Below are positions 1 through 11,737 of a stretch of 64,000 bases of DNA, one piece after another. Source of the stretch: Lama guanicoe. Taxonomy: Eukaryota. A model generated the notes under the pieces. The model was not told where the DNA came from. It ran no database searches and was given only the letters and a program-made list of their open reading frames with translations. Within the stretch, counting starts at the first letter, position 1; the number at the start of each line of letters is the position of its first letter. Position numbers and translations under genes: made by a program. The stretch lies in the NCBI GenBank assembly GCA_013239625.1, contig MU053758.1, positions 3,519,490 through 3,583,489 on the forward strand, in the 5' to 3' direction.

Positions 1-743
1 TCAGCATCATTAGTGCAGAGAGTTTTTGTGTGTTGGTTTCCTCTGTCACCCTTGTGCCTTTAACAGTGTCTCCCATGTAATAAATGCTCAAGAAATACTT
101 TTTAAATGCGTGAACGAAATGATTGGCATCTGGAAAGATCGATGAAAGCAGACTCAACTTTTCAGTGACAAAGCTTTGGCTCCCATTTCCCCATAGAAAC
201 AATTGACAGGAGCGCAGTTCTACTCTTGGATGTGGTCAGATGCTCTTCAGTTTGCTGGTTTCACCAAACCTTGTCTTATCAGGACCTGCTTCACTCAGGT
301 CACCTGTGTGTCCTTTGAGTGCACGAGCTTTTGAAACTTTCCTATGAGAAGGGGCAGAACTAGTGCTCACTTGGTTTGCAAGTCTGAATACAAATTTTCA
401 GAGTGTGATAAACAGCACATTGCCACCTATGGTAGCTGCCGTGATGCATGAACCATACGCTGGGTCCTTTTTGCTTTTATATACATGGAGTCTGCCAAAT
501 TTCTACTTTTCCCTTTTTTATTCTTTTCCTAGGTCAGATCTATAGTGTTAGGTGGTCTGCCCATGAAATTAGGAGGCACCTAGGAAAGAATGAGGCAGTG
601 ATGATTGAAATCTTTCATTGAGAAGTGACAAGACCGTGGTGTGTGTCCTGCAGGTTTAGGTCAGATACACTTGTCTAGGGCCTGAAGACAAAATCTTAAA
701 GTAGCAAAAATCACACTGAATTTTTAATGCAGGGAAGGATAAC

Positions 744-749
744 TTTATT
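744..749 (-). terminator. Polyadenylation signal of G1 (paralogous copies at 5069-5074 and 19220-19225)
   Basis: TTTATT on + ~280 bp downstream of the stop, conserved in three copies. Confidence 0.7.
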
Positions 750-1027
750 TTAGCCCAGAAATAGACTAGGTTACAGAAAATTCCTATAAAAAGGAAGTTA
801 GCAGGATGATTTACGATGGTCAGGTGGGAGGGTAAAATCCGTTACTATAGCAGTGCTCCGGGCCATACCCACCTTCTTCAGTAGCATGGGCGGCTTCCTC
901 ACTGGCATCATGAGGCCCAATTTATTTGAGTAACATCAACCCCACTCCATGTGTCCTAAGAGTCAGCACAGTAGGCGGGTCTAAATCTGTGAAGTCAGAG
1001 GGTAACAGAGTCGGTGGTCACAGGGCA

Positions 1028-1495
1028 TCAACAGCAAGAGGAGGCACAGCACATGGGGCGGGGGCAGGTGGAGATGACACAGGTAGGGCGATAGCAAGTG
1101 GTGTGGCAGGAGACCTGACCACAGACTGGGCGCAGGCAACAGCAGGTGCGGCAGCAGCTGGAGCCACAGGAGCTGGAATCACAGCAGGAAGGACGGCAGC
1201 AGCTGGAGATGCAGCATCTGGGTTGGCAACAGCTGGGCTGGCAACACTCAGACTGGCAGCACTGGGGTCTGCAGCAGCTGGACTCACAGCACCTGGGGCG
1301 GCAGCAGGTGGGCTGGCAGCACACGGACTGGCAGCACTGGGGGCGGCAGCAGCTGGACTCACAGCACCTGGGGTGGTAGCAGGTGGTCCTGCAGCAAGTG
1401 GTCTGGCAGCAGCTAGGGCGGCAGCAGGTCTCCTGGCAGAGGCCTTGGCCACAGCCCTCCTCAGAACAGACGGAGCCACAGCAGGAGCTGACCAT
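1028..1495 (-). CDS. KRTAP4: Keratin-associated protein 4 family (G1), 155 aa, intronless
   Basis: [18 protein letters not shown]-terminus, CCxPx pentapeptide repeats, C-terminus [29 protein letters not shown] at 1495 (the ORF track's 1537 start is a GTG); TATAAAA at 1582-1588 and AATAAA at 744-749 on the minus strand. Confidence 0.93.
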   Translation of the reverse strand: MVSSCCGSVCSEEGCGQGLCQETCCRPSCCQTTCCRTTCYHPRCCESSCCRPQCCQSVCCQPTCCRPRCCESSCCRPQCCQSECCQPSCCQPRCCISSCCRPSCCDSSSCGSSCCRTCCCLRPVCGQVSCHTTCYRPTCVISTCPRPMCCASSCC

Positions 1496-1581
1496 GTTGT
1501 TAATGCGAGGATTGGGGTTCCACGAGTGAGTGTCCACGGAGGTGCTTTCCTGGGTCTGAATGTCTCCTAACCCCTGTCCCC

Positions 1582-1588
1582 TTTTATA
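1582..1588 (-). promoter_or_regulatory. TATA box of G1
   Basis: TTTTATA on + (TATAAAA on -), ~90 bp upstream of the ATG, similar spacing to the paralogs. Confidence 0.8.
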
Positions 1589-4334
1589 CTATTCAGTTAA
1601 CTGACATTACCATGAGCAACAACCTTTCCTCATTGTTTTTCCTACTGGGCAATCAATTAATATCACTAAGTTGATAATTGTGTTTATCATGTTAATTACA
1701 CTGATATCTAAGAAAAGCATCATTTCCTTTTTCTAGTGTTACGATTCACTGAAGTTTCTTAAACCATGTGAAACTATTTTTGTATTTCTTCCTCTCTAGT
1801 GTGTCTTCTAAGTTGGAAATGTCATATGATATTCTATTACTCAATTTTTACATGTGTCATTTTGTTCCTTCTTTGTGTATGACTCCATGACAATCCTTTG
1901 AGAGTGGCTATCACCATGCCAAATCTCTTTTTATGTCAAAGTGGGGAAAATGCATACTACTGACAGGTGGAATGTTGATAAGGAAGTAGGAGGAAAGACT
2001 CATCATTTGGTTTTGTGTACAATGGGGGGAGACTGTGATATGGGGAGAGGTTTGTTGACAGAATACTTTTGTACAATGAGGGGAGACTGGATGTGTTTCC
2101 TGGATGATTAGAGAATCAGGGGTTACAAAGGATGGTCCAACATCACTGTGATGCTGACCGCAGGAGTAAGCTATTAGTTTTTCCTTTAGGATGGTAAGAA
2201 CCATTTACACAGATGGACTTTTACCCCCAGGAATCTTCTCCACACAATATATGCTAAAGGTGAGTCTGTTGGGCCTGTCTTTTTATAACATGGACAGTGG
2301 ATTTTGCACTATGTAGAAGTTTTTATTTCAAGCATCTCTTTCTGGTACTCTTTCAGTAATTTGAATTAATTCATTTCTAAAACAAGCACTGTGTGTTTAC
2401 ATCCTCTGTACGTTTGGTGAAAAATGAGATAATGTACTACTTGTAAGTGCTGGCCGCATGCCCAATACTCTGCTGAATGATCTGTAGTCACTGTCTTGAC
2501 TGTCTTCTGAGAGGAGCCATGAAGTCCTTGCTGTGCTCCAACAGCTCACATGGAAGTGCATTAAGGTTGTTAAATGCTGTATTAGTCTACGAAGTGTCAA
2601 CATTACTTACTCCACACCTTTCATTGTGCTGTTACATGTGTGTAGAGAATCCCTCCTCTCACATCAACTCAGCAACTTTTTATTTTTCCTTTAAGTTCCA
2701 GCTCGAGCTTCCTCCTCTCCTATGGTTTCCCTGGACATACTTTAAAAACAAACAAACAAACAACTTCATCTGCTCCTCCTTTCTGCCTGGTATCGATCTC
2801 ATCTGGAACACTCAGACCTGCACATCTGACTACATCCTGTCTCTCTCCAGCTGTAAATACCTTAGATGAACACTTGAACCACGTGTCACCTCTACATGCA
2901 TGGGTGCTGTCAGTGTTTTCTTTTTATTTCTAGGAATCAACTTCTGAATTTAGACTTTTTTATGATTTTGCAAAGTATTTATGATTCTAAGAGAAGTTCT
3001 ACAAAGTGAGATTCCTATTGAAGGAAATCATGTTCCTATTCCTGCTCCTTTTATGCATTTCCTTGCTCCCTCATGCATCCTTCTTCTTGTAATTTAGTGT
3101 TTTCCTCCTCATTGATATTTTAAATGCAAATTTTTTCATATTTGTGTCTCCTTTGTTTCTTAGATAAATAGTTGTCTTACATACACACTTGGCTCCAACT
3201 TCCTTGTTCTCACTCAACAAGTTATCCCGCAGATTCCTTCACAGTAGTGTGTTCAGATATTCTTCATTCCATTCTCAGCCACAAAGTAGTCCATCTGTGG
3301 ACAGAATGTAACTTCGTTAGCCTATTACATGTATTAGTGTGAGCAACTGATCAATATGCTTGGCTTTACTTACCTAGTGTTTTTGTATGTAACATAGATA
3401 GTGGTATATATTGTATAGTTATATATATAATGAATACTGATATGTACATATGGTGAATATATATTATATATAATGTATCTACTAAATACATCTCCAATTC
3501 TATATCTCTGTATCTAATATTTCACTATTCATTTTATTTTCTTTCATTTTCTTTTAGGGTGTCATTTGATGTTAGGAAGCTTTGTATTTTGTACTAATGA
3601 TTACTTTTGTCTGTATCTTTGTATAATACCCTAGGAGCCCAGTTGTTTGACTACTGTCATTTGATTCTCTACCTTCAGAAATACTGAAATTACATGATTA
3701 CTTCTTCATCCCGCAAAGCCTTAGGATCAAATTAGAACTCTTAGTCAATTCCCATAAGCAATTGGCAAAAGTTTTCTATCTTACGTATTCCATCTCCTTT
3801 CCCTCTATTTTCTGATAATTTTTCTTATGTCTACATATAAATAGAATTGCCTTTATTCAAATTTAATTATGTAATTATTTGTGGCTAGTATATAAAATAC
3901 AATTAATTAATGTACACTGACCTTATGACTCGTGTAAGTTCATTTAGTGTCAGGAATTTTTGGTAGTGGGGGAGCCCAACTTTATGTTTGGTTCTGAACC
4001 CAAGTAAATAACTGATGATTTATCTCCATTCTATTCCTCATCAGTGAGCCTGCCCCATTAGCTGCCTTTCCAAACTAGGCAGGTTTAGTGGAACTCTGGG
4101 CTTGAAGGGTAAAACTGTCATCATTAGTAAAACTGTCCTTTTGGTTACTGTGTCCCCATTTGAACAGCCACCTGCTTCTGAAAAGGGGTTCTAAAGCTAA
4201 TCTTACTCATATAAAAAGCACAGAGAAAAATATTTTGTAGAAGCCTGTGGGGAGAAATGTATAGAAAAATATTTTTATGTAAACACATCAAAAATTGATA
4301 TTAGTTGAGAAACTCCATTAGAATATCAGCATCA

Positions 4335-4450
4335 TTAGTGCAGAGAGTTTTTGTGTGTTGGTTTCCTCTGTCACCCTTGTGCCTTTAACAGTGTCTCCCA
4401 TGTAATAAATGCTCAAGAAATACTTTTTAAATGCGTGAACGAAATGATTG
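4335..4450 (+). mobile_element. L2 3'-end fragment (copies at ~10-125 and ~18480-18595)
   Basis: Resembles the L2 tail: ...acagtgtctcccatgtaataaatgctcaagaaatactttttaaatg..gaaatga. Confidence 0.5.
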
Positions 4451-5352
4451 GCATCTGGAAAGATCGATGAAAGCAGACTCAACTTTTCAGTGACAAAGCT
4501 TTGGCTCCCATTTCCCCATAGAAACAATTGACAGGAGCGCAGTTCTACTCTTGGATGTGGTCAGATGCTCTTCAGTTTGCTGGTTTCACCAAACCTTGTC
4601 TTATCAGGACCTGCTTCACTCAGGTCACCTGTGTGTCCTTTGAGTGCACGAGCTTTTGAAACTTTCCTATGAGAAGGGGCAGAACTAGTGCTCACTTGGT
4701 TTGCAAGTCTGAATACAAATTTTCAGAGTGTGATAAACAGCACATTGCCACCTATGGTAGCTGCCGTGATGCATGAACCATACGCTGGGTCCTTTTTGCT
4801 TTTATATACATGGAGTCTGCCAAATTTCTACTTTTCCCTTTTTTATTCTTTTCCTAGGTCAGATCTATAGTGTTAGGTGGTCTGCCCATGAAATTAGGAG
4901 GCACCTAGGAAAGAATGAGGCAGTGATGATTGAAATCTTTCATTGAGAAGTGACAAGACCGTGGTGTGTGTCCTGCAGGTTTAGGTCAGATACACTTGTC
5001 TAGGGCCTGAAGACAAAATCTTAAAGTAGCAAAAATCACACTGAATTTTTAATGCAGGGAAGGATAACTTTATTTTAGCCCAGAAATAGACTAGGTTACA
5101 GAAAATTCCTATAAAAAGGAAGTTAGCAGGATGATTTACGATGGTCAGGTGGGAGGGTAAAATCCGTTACTATAGCAGTGCTCCCGGCCATACCCATCTT
5201 CTTCAGTAGCATGGCCGGCTTCCTCACTGGCATCATGAGGCCCAATTTATTTGAGTAACATCAACCCCACTCCATGTGTCCTAAGAGTCAGCACAGTAGG
5301 CGGGTCTAAATCTGTGAAGTCAGAGGGTAACAGAGTCGGTGGTCACAGGGCA

Positions 5353-5820
5353 TCAACAGCAAGAGGAGGCACAGCACATGGGGCGGGGGCAGGTGGAGAT
5401 GACACAGGTAGGGCGATAGCAAGTGGTGTGGCAGGAGACCTGACCACAGACTGGGCGCAGGCAACAGCAGGTGCGGCAGCAGCTGGAGCCACAGGAGCTG
5501 GAATCACAGCAGGAAGGACGGCAGCAGCTGGAGATGCAGCATCTGGGTTGGCAACAGCTGGGCTGGCAACACTCAGACTGGCAGCACTGGGGTCTGCAGC
5601 AGCTGGACTCACAGCACCTGGGGCGGCAGCAGGTGGGCTGGCAGCACACGGACTGGCAGCACTGGGGGCGGCAGCAGCTGGACTCACAGCACCTGGGGTG
5701 GTAGCAGGTGGTCCTGCAGCAAGTGGTCTGGCAGCAGCTAGGGCGGCAGCAGGTCTCCTGGCAGAGGCCTTGGCCACAGCCCTCCTCAGAACAGACGGAG
5801 CCACAGCAGGAGCTGACCAT
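5353..5820 (-). CDS. KRTAP4: Keratin-associated protein 4 family (G2), 155 aa, protein identical to G1
   Basis: Same translation as G1; Kozak context gacaccATGG; TATA at 5903-5909; polyA signal at 5069-5074. Confidence 0.94.
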   Translation of the reverse strand: MVSSCCGSVCSEEGCGQGLCQETCCRPSCCQTTCCRTTCYHPRCCESSCCRPQCCQSVCCQPTCCRPRCCESSCCRPQCCQSECCQPSCCQPRCCISSCCRPSCCDSSSCGSSCCRTCCCLRPVCGQVSCHTTCYRPTCVISTCPRPMCCASSCC

Positions 5821-8059
5821 GGTGTCAGAGGGTGGAGGTTCTGGGTGGGTTTCCAGGAGAGTGAGGTTCTTGAGTTTGGGAGTCTCCTTGCCACATGTTC
5901 CCTTTTATATCCATCTGAGGGACTCCTGTGGTAATGAAGGACTCTTTCCTTGTTTTTGTTTATGTGTCTACACATACAATTAGTAAATTCTATTAAGTGT
6001 TTTTCTAATAAAAATCTCTGACTATATGCCAAATGTTCATTTCCCTCTTCTCAATTTTCCCCTTGATCCCACACGAATCACCCTTTGTGCGTTTTCTTTT
6101 GTTTGCAATTTTATAAGACTTCCGTCCCTGTGTATCATGTGACACAGATGGGCCCCTTTTTCTTGTCTATTTCTCACATTGCTGTGACTTTGGGGGAGCT
6201 TCTGAAGAGACTAGGATCTCTGTGGAAATTCTGTGTTTCAATCATATGGAATGCTGGTAGGGAAAAAGGAAGTAAGCCCCTCCTTTGTCGGGGACAAATG
6301 AGAAAATTTATGATTCATTGTGTGTATTCTGGTTGGTCTTTGAGCTAACAAAATTCCTATAATATTCTAAGCAGTGTTATTTCTCCTCACCCTGATGCAT
6401 TTTGAAACAGTTAGCAGTGACTCAGTGTTTTCATTTAGCAAAGAGTCAGCTGGGTTTGATCAGTGACAATCTTCAGAAATGTCTCCTAGGCTGAGGCAGA
6501 GTAATTAAGACAATAGTTTTGATCTGCCTTTTGAAATATCAAAATATGTCATGGTTTTGCTTTATGAATATTTTATTAAAATATATTCCAAATATTCTAA
6601 GCTAAAATGCCTATCAGTTTTTGTAGTATCACTTATGTTTAAGATTTTCTTAGAAGCATTAAGGGGAATATAAATAATAGTCATTATCTTATATGTAATT
6701 GCATAGAAATTGCATCCATAAAGCGTTTTATAGCCAAAGCCACATATGATTATGCTTCTAAATTAAAGATCTTCTTTATCACCATAGGCACTCAGAGAAA
6801 AACAATATTCCAGGAAATAGCAAATTGCCTTCATGATATTCCCTCTTCCTACAAAGTCTCATGAGCTTAACATTCTCCTAGTGATCCTTTACCACTGAGT
6901 TCAAAAGCTGTCTTCCTCCAGTATGCTCGTGGTCACCATGAAAAGTAAAGTTCTTCCTCCACGGCACTTCTGCTGTGCTTTGTGTGTGCGTGGGTTCTAC
7001 CGTACCATCCTCTTCCAGAAATGCACTGGGGCATCTGGCTTCCTCTGCAATATAAATTCCATCAGGGCAGGGACAATACTTTATTCATCATCTTATCCCC
7101 AGGGCCTGAAATATAATGAATTTTTGATAAAGGAGATGCTTACTTAATGAGTGAGGATTTGGACTAGGGCATTAAATAAGACACACTGAACTTGAGAACA
7201 CATGTTATTCACATGGATGAACAGAGTGGAGATTCAAAAGGAGGAGGAACAGTGGAGATTGGGAATAACCCTAATTTGTGATGGTGAAGGGGATGTGTCT
7301 CCAAAGTCTATTTTAAGAAGTAATGAGAGATAAGTTGAGATTCCTGGAATGTGGTAGAGATTGTGGGTAGCCTTGAATTCTAGAAAAAAATAGTAGATCT
7401 ATTAAAAGCCTTTAGGTCAGAACGTACTATAATATATATGCTATGTATTGTTTATTTTAATTTTTGATCTGCCTTTAGAAATGCCAGAATGAGGGAGACA
7501 TTGCTTAAAAGGTTGAAGTGGGGCAGGCTGAGACATGATCTCACAGCATCAGGTGCTGGCAAGAGCGTCACTGAGTTATTGCAAAGAACACATCCACACA
7601 GACTTGGGCCAAATTGAATAGAGATATAAGGAGAGATCTTTGTAAAATATAAAAGCTATTTCAGTGTAACTGCTTATATATTTTATAAATATATGTGTGT
7701 GTATATACATATCTTATGCCCCCTACCTCCTAAAAGCTAATAATTAAAAATTTAAAAGGATAAATTAATCATAAAGGATAAGTTGCCCTAAAAAAAAAAA
7801 AGAAGAAGAAGAAGAAAAGAACAGAAGCTATTTAGAGATAAGGAAGAGATATTTGCATCAAAAAATTAGAATGGAGTATTTGGCACCTTTATGTACTAAA
7901 TATATCTATTCTCAGGAGCCTAAGCATGATGAAAATGCAATGGATTATGGAATTCCTGTTCTTCCCTCCTTTCCCCTCTGGGCTCTGACGGTTGTGTGCT
8001 GAGCACTTTGCTGGATGCTGGAATAACAACACATAAGCCAGCACGTTATGAAAAGTATT

Positions 8060-8270
8060 CTAGTGCTTTACACATTACTATCAGTCATTAGACTCATTTT
8101 CTAGTCCCCTCAATCCAGTGTGGTAACTTCCATGGTAATCCTCCCTTTACAGATGAAGAAACTGAGGCACAGGGAGGCTTAAAGCCAGTAAGTGGAGGAG
8201 CTGTGATTTGATCCCAGCCAGCCCACCATGGAAGTCCATGTTTTTAACCACTAGACTTGCTGCCTCTCTG
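8060..8270 (-). mobile_element. MIR SINE
   Basis: Core motif tttacagatgaagaaactgaggcacag and ggagctgtgatttgatcccag. Confidence 0.75.
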
Positions 8271-9541
8271 AAAAATCAGATGTGAAAGAAATTCTTTACC
8301 CTCCCCTCGTGTTGCTCCAGGTTAACCGAGCAGGGTGCGATATTAACATATAAATATTGCGCATGAAACTTACATGGAGTCCTTAAAAACCCTGCTGTCA
8401 GCAAATGTCTGTGGACATGTATCTTGAGAAACTGGAGTCAGATTCTCTTTTATGGGCCTAAGGATCCCTTGACATTCAATATTCATATATTCCTCTGTTT
8501 CTTTTTCTAATTAGCTATGACCATTGTATGTTTTTCTTCAGTAATTAAAATTAAATCTCTTGTCCCTTCCAGATGATAAGTCATTTATGTTGCATTAAAG
8601 GAAAAAAATATATATGTATATAATATTTAAACAATTCCCTTGGAATTTATCTCTATGCCCTAAACATGCTTGCTCACTGTTTAATTTTTCTCTCAGAGAA
8701 TAGGGGAAGTACATACCAAATAAAGCTGCTTCGAAAGAGGTAACTGTTGTCATTTGATGCCACCAGAGCCCACCATTTTTCCTAAGGGGCTAGAAACCCA
8801 CCCTACCCTCAAGTCTCCCCACTGTTCGCATCAGTCCTCTGGTCACGCCCACCAAGCTTGGCTGTGGTTTGCAGCCAATCTCTTTATGTCCACTCCCGTT
8901 TCTATCCACATGAGCTTCAGCAAAACCAGCATTGCTACCACACGAAAAGAAAATAATCCCCTTTGGAAGGAGTGCAGAAAAAGCTTCAGGGTTGCTTGTC
9001 ATTGTCTTGGATAGGGAAGCACTGGAGAGTAACATCCGAAACACAGTAAATAGTCCCCGGAGAAAGGTTTTAATATTTACTTCGTTATGTTTTATATTTT
9101 AAATTTAATTATATATATATATTTATATATATATATATATATGGCATTCACTATATATTATATGCACTTATGCACAGATAAAATTTTATGTGTAGATTTT
9201 TCATGCATATATATAATCTAAAGTAAAAGATATCCGCCTCCCCTTTCTTCCCCTCCCTGAAGGCAGGCAGAGTCTCCAGTTTGCTGTGACTCCTTCTGCG
9301 GATATTTAACACATAAGAAACAACTATGGATATTTATCGATTTCTTTCACTTATACAAGCGGTGTTATACTGGTCATGCGCTTCCTGCTTTGCTGTTTTC
9401 ACTTGAAGCATTCAGATAGTATACATACAGTTTTGTCATTCTTTGTCTTTTACAGTTGCATAGGATTCCAATTATGAATGTACCATAATTTACTTAAACA
9501 ATCTTGGACATTGTTGGACATTTACTTTGTTTCCAGTCTTT

Positions 9542-9644
9542 CTTTTTTTTTAATTAAAAAAATTTAATGAAGGTACTGGGGATTGAACCTGGACTGCCAT
9601 GCACGCAAAGCATGCGCTCTACCACTCAGCTCTACCCTCCCTGC
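9542..9644 (-). mobile_element. tRNA-derived SINE (camelid Vic-1-like)
   Basis: Reverse A/B boxes (ctctaccactcagct; ggggattgaacctgg), T-rich tail, target-site duplication (TSD) tccagtcttt at 9532-9541 and 9645-9654. Confidence 0.8.
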
Positions 9645-10248
9645 TCCAGTCTTTGGATGTTACAGGCGATGCTGCAATGAATAAGCCTGTTTAAACATAA
9701 TCTCACATGTGTGAATATTTCCAGTAGGGTAAATTCCTACAGAAATAGAATTGCTGGATCAAAGAGTACACATTTATTTATATTTTTTAGATAATGCCAA
9801 CTTCACCTTCTATACAGATGTACCAATTTACACATCTATTAGCAAAGCATGAGTGCTTGTTTTCCCCCATTTTATTAACACAATAATACACATGATACAC
9901 AGACACATAAATACATATATAGACATATTTTTAATATATAGACATTTATCTATCCCCCTATCTATTTATCTATTTTGGTCAATATGACAGGTGGGTGAAA
10001 ATTTCTCCATGTTATTTTAATTTACATTTCCCTTTTTGTAAATGAAATAGTACAGATCCTCAGATATTTAAGAGCTACTGGGCTGGTATTTTGTTTTCTG
10101 TAAGGAAAATGATGGACTATTTTCCATATTATCGGTAATTTGTGTTTTTATGTTTCTTTGTTGGTTTAGTCTTTATACATTAATTTTTTATCAAAATAAG
10201 CCTTTTTATATAATGTGAATTTCAAATATTTTTCCTAACTGGTTTTTC

Positions 10249-11737
10249 CTTTTTTTAAAAATTTTTATTGATTTCTAATCATTTTACAATGTTGTGTCAA
10301 ATTCCAGTGTAGAACACAATTTCTCAGTCATACATGAACATGCACATATTCATTGTCACATTTTTTCTCTGTGAGCTACCATAAGATCTTGTATATATTT
10401 CTCTGTGCTATATAGTATAATCTTGTTTATCTATTCTACAATGTTGAAATCCCATCTATTCCTTCCAAACCTCCGCCCCCTTGGCAACCACAAGTTTGTA
10501 TTCTATGTCTATGAGTCTATTTCTGTTTTGTATTTATGCTTTGTTTTTTTGTGTTTGTTTTTGTTTTTGTTTTTTAGATTCCACATATGAGCAATCTCAT
10601 ATGGTATTTTTCTTTCTCTTTCTGGCTTACTTCACTTAGAATGACATTCTCCAGGAACATCCATGTTGCTGCAAATGGCATTATGTTGTTGGTTTTTATG
10701 GCTGAATAGTATTCCATTGTATAAATATACCACTTCTTCTTTGTCCAGTCATCCATTGATGGACATTTAGGCTGTTTCCATGTCTTGGCTATTGTAAATA
10801 GTGCTGCTATGAACATTGGGGTGCAGGTGTCGTCCTGAAGTAGGGTTCCTTCTGGATATATGCCTAGGAGTGGGATTCCTGGGTCATATGGTAAGTCTGT
10901 TCTTAGTCTTCTGAGGAATCTCCATACTGTTTTCCACAGTGGCTGCACCAAACTGCATTCTCACCAGCAGTGTAGGAGGGTTCCCCTTTCTCCACAGCTT
11001 CTCCAGCATTAGTCATTTGTGGGTTTTTGAATGATGGCCATTCTGACTGGTGTGAGGTGATACCTCACTGTAGTTTTGATTTGCATTTCTCTGATAATTA
11101 GTGATACTGAGCATTTTTTTCATGTGCTTATTGATCATTTGCATGTTTTCCTTGGAGAAATGCTTGCTTAGGTCTTTTGCCCATCTTTGGATTGGGTTGT
11201 TTGGTTGTTTCTTATTAAGTCGTATGAGCTGCTTATATATTCTGGAGATCAAGCCTTTTTGGTTTCATTTGCAAAAATCTTCTCCCATTCCGTAGGTTGT
11301 CTTTTTGTTTTGCTTACGGTTTCCTTTGCTGTGCAGAAGCTAGTAAGTTTCATTAGGTCCCATTTGTTTATTCTTGCTTTTATTTCTTCTAGGAGAAAAT
11401 TTTTGAGATGTATGTCAGATAATGTTTTGTGATATTTTCCTCTAGGAGGTTTATTGTATCTTATCTTATGTTTAAGTCTTTGATCCATTTTGAGTTGATT
11501 TTTGTATATGGTGTAATGGAGTGTTCTAGCTTCATTGTTTTACATGCTGCTGTCCAGTTTTCCCAACACCATTTGCTGAAGAAACTGTCTTTATTCCATG
11601 GTACATTCTTGCCTCCTTTGTCGAAAATTAGTTGACCAAAAGTTTGTGGGTTCATTTCTGGGCTCTTTATTCTGTTCCATTGGTCTATATGTCTGTTTTT
11701 GTATCAATACCATGCTGTCTTGATGACTGTAGCTCTA
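10249..11737 (-). mobile_element. Young 5'-truncated L1 (ORF2 C-terminus plus 3'UTR)
   Basis: ORF2 peptides ([42 protein letters not shown]); 14-bp TSD ctaactggt(t/c)tttc at 10235-10248 and 11738-11751. Confidence 0.93.

Larger units (their letters stand above)
1..5820. repeat. Tandem segmental duplication: 1-1495 recurs at 4326-5820 (offset 4325)
   Basis: Identical ORFs at offset 4325 (363/4688, 926/5251, 1146/5471); I noticed only three substitutions, near 860-890 vs 5185-5215. Confidence 0.95.

Noticed and set aside
363..545. 60-aa ORF repeated at 4688-4870
   Set aside because: Recurs only because of the recent duplication; GTG start; absent from the ORF track at the third copy (~18840)
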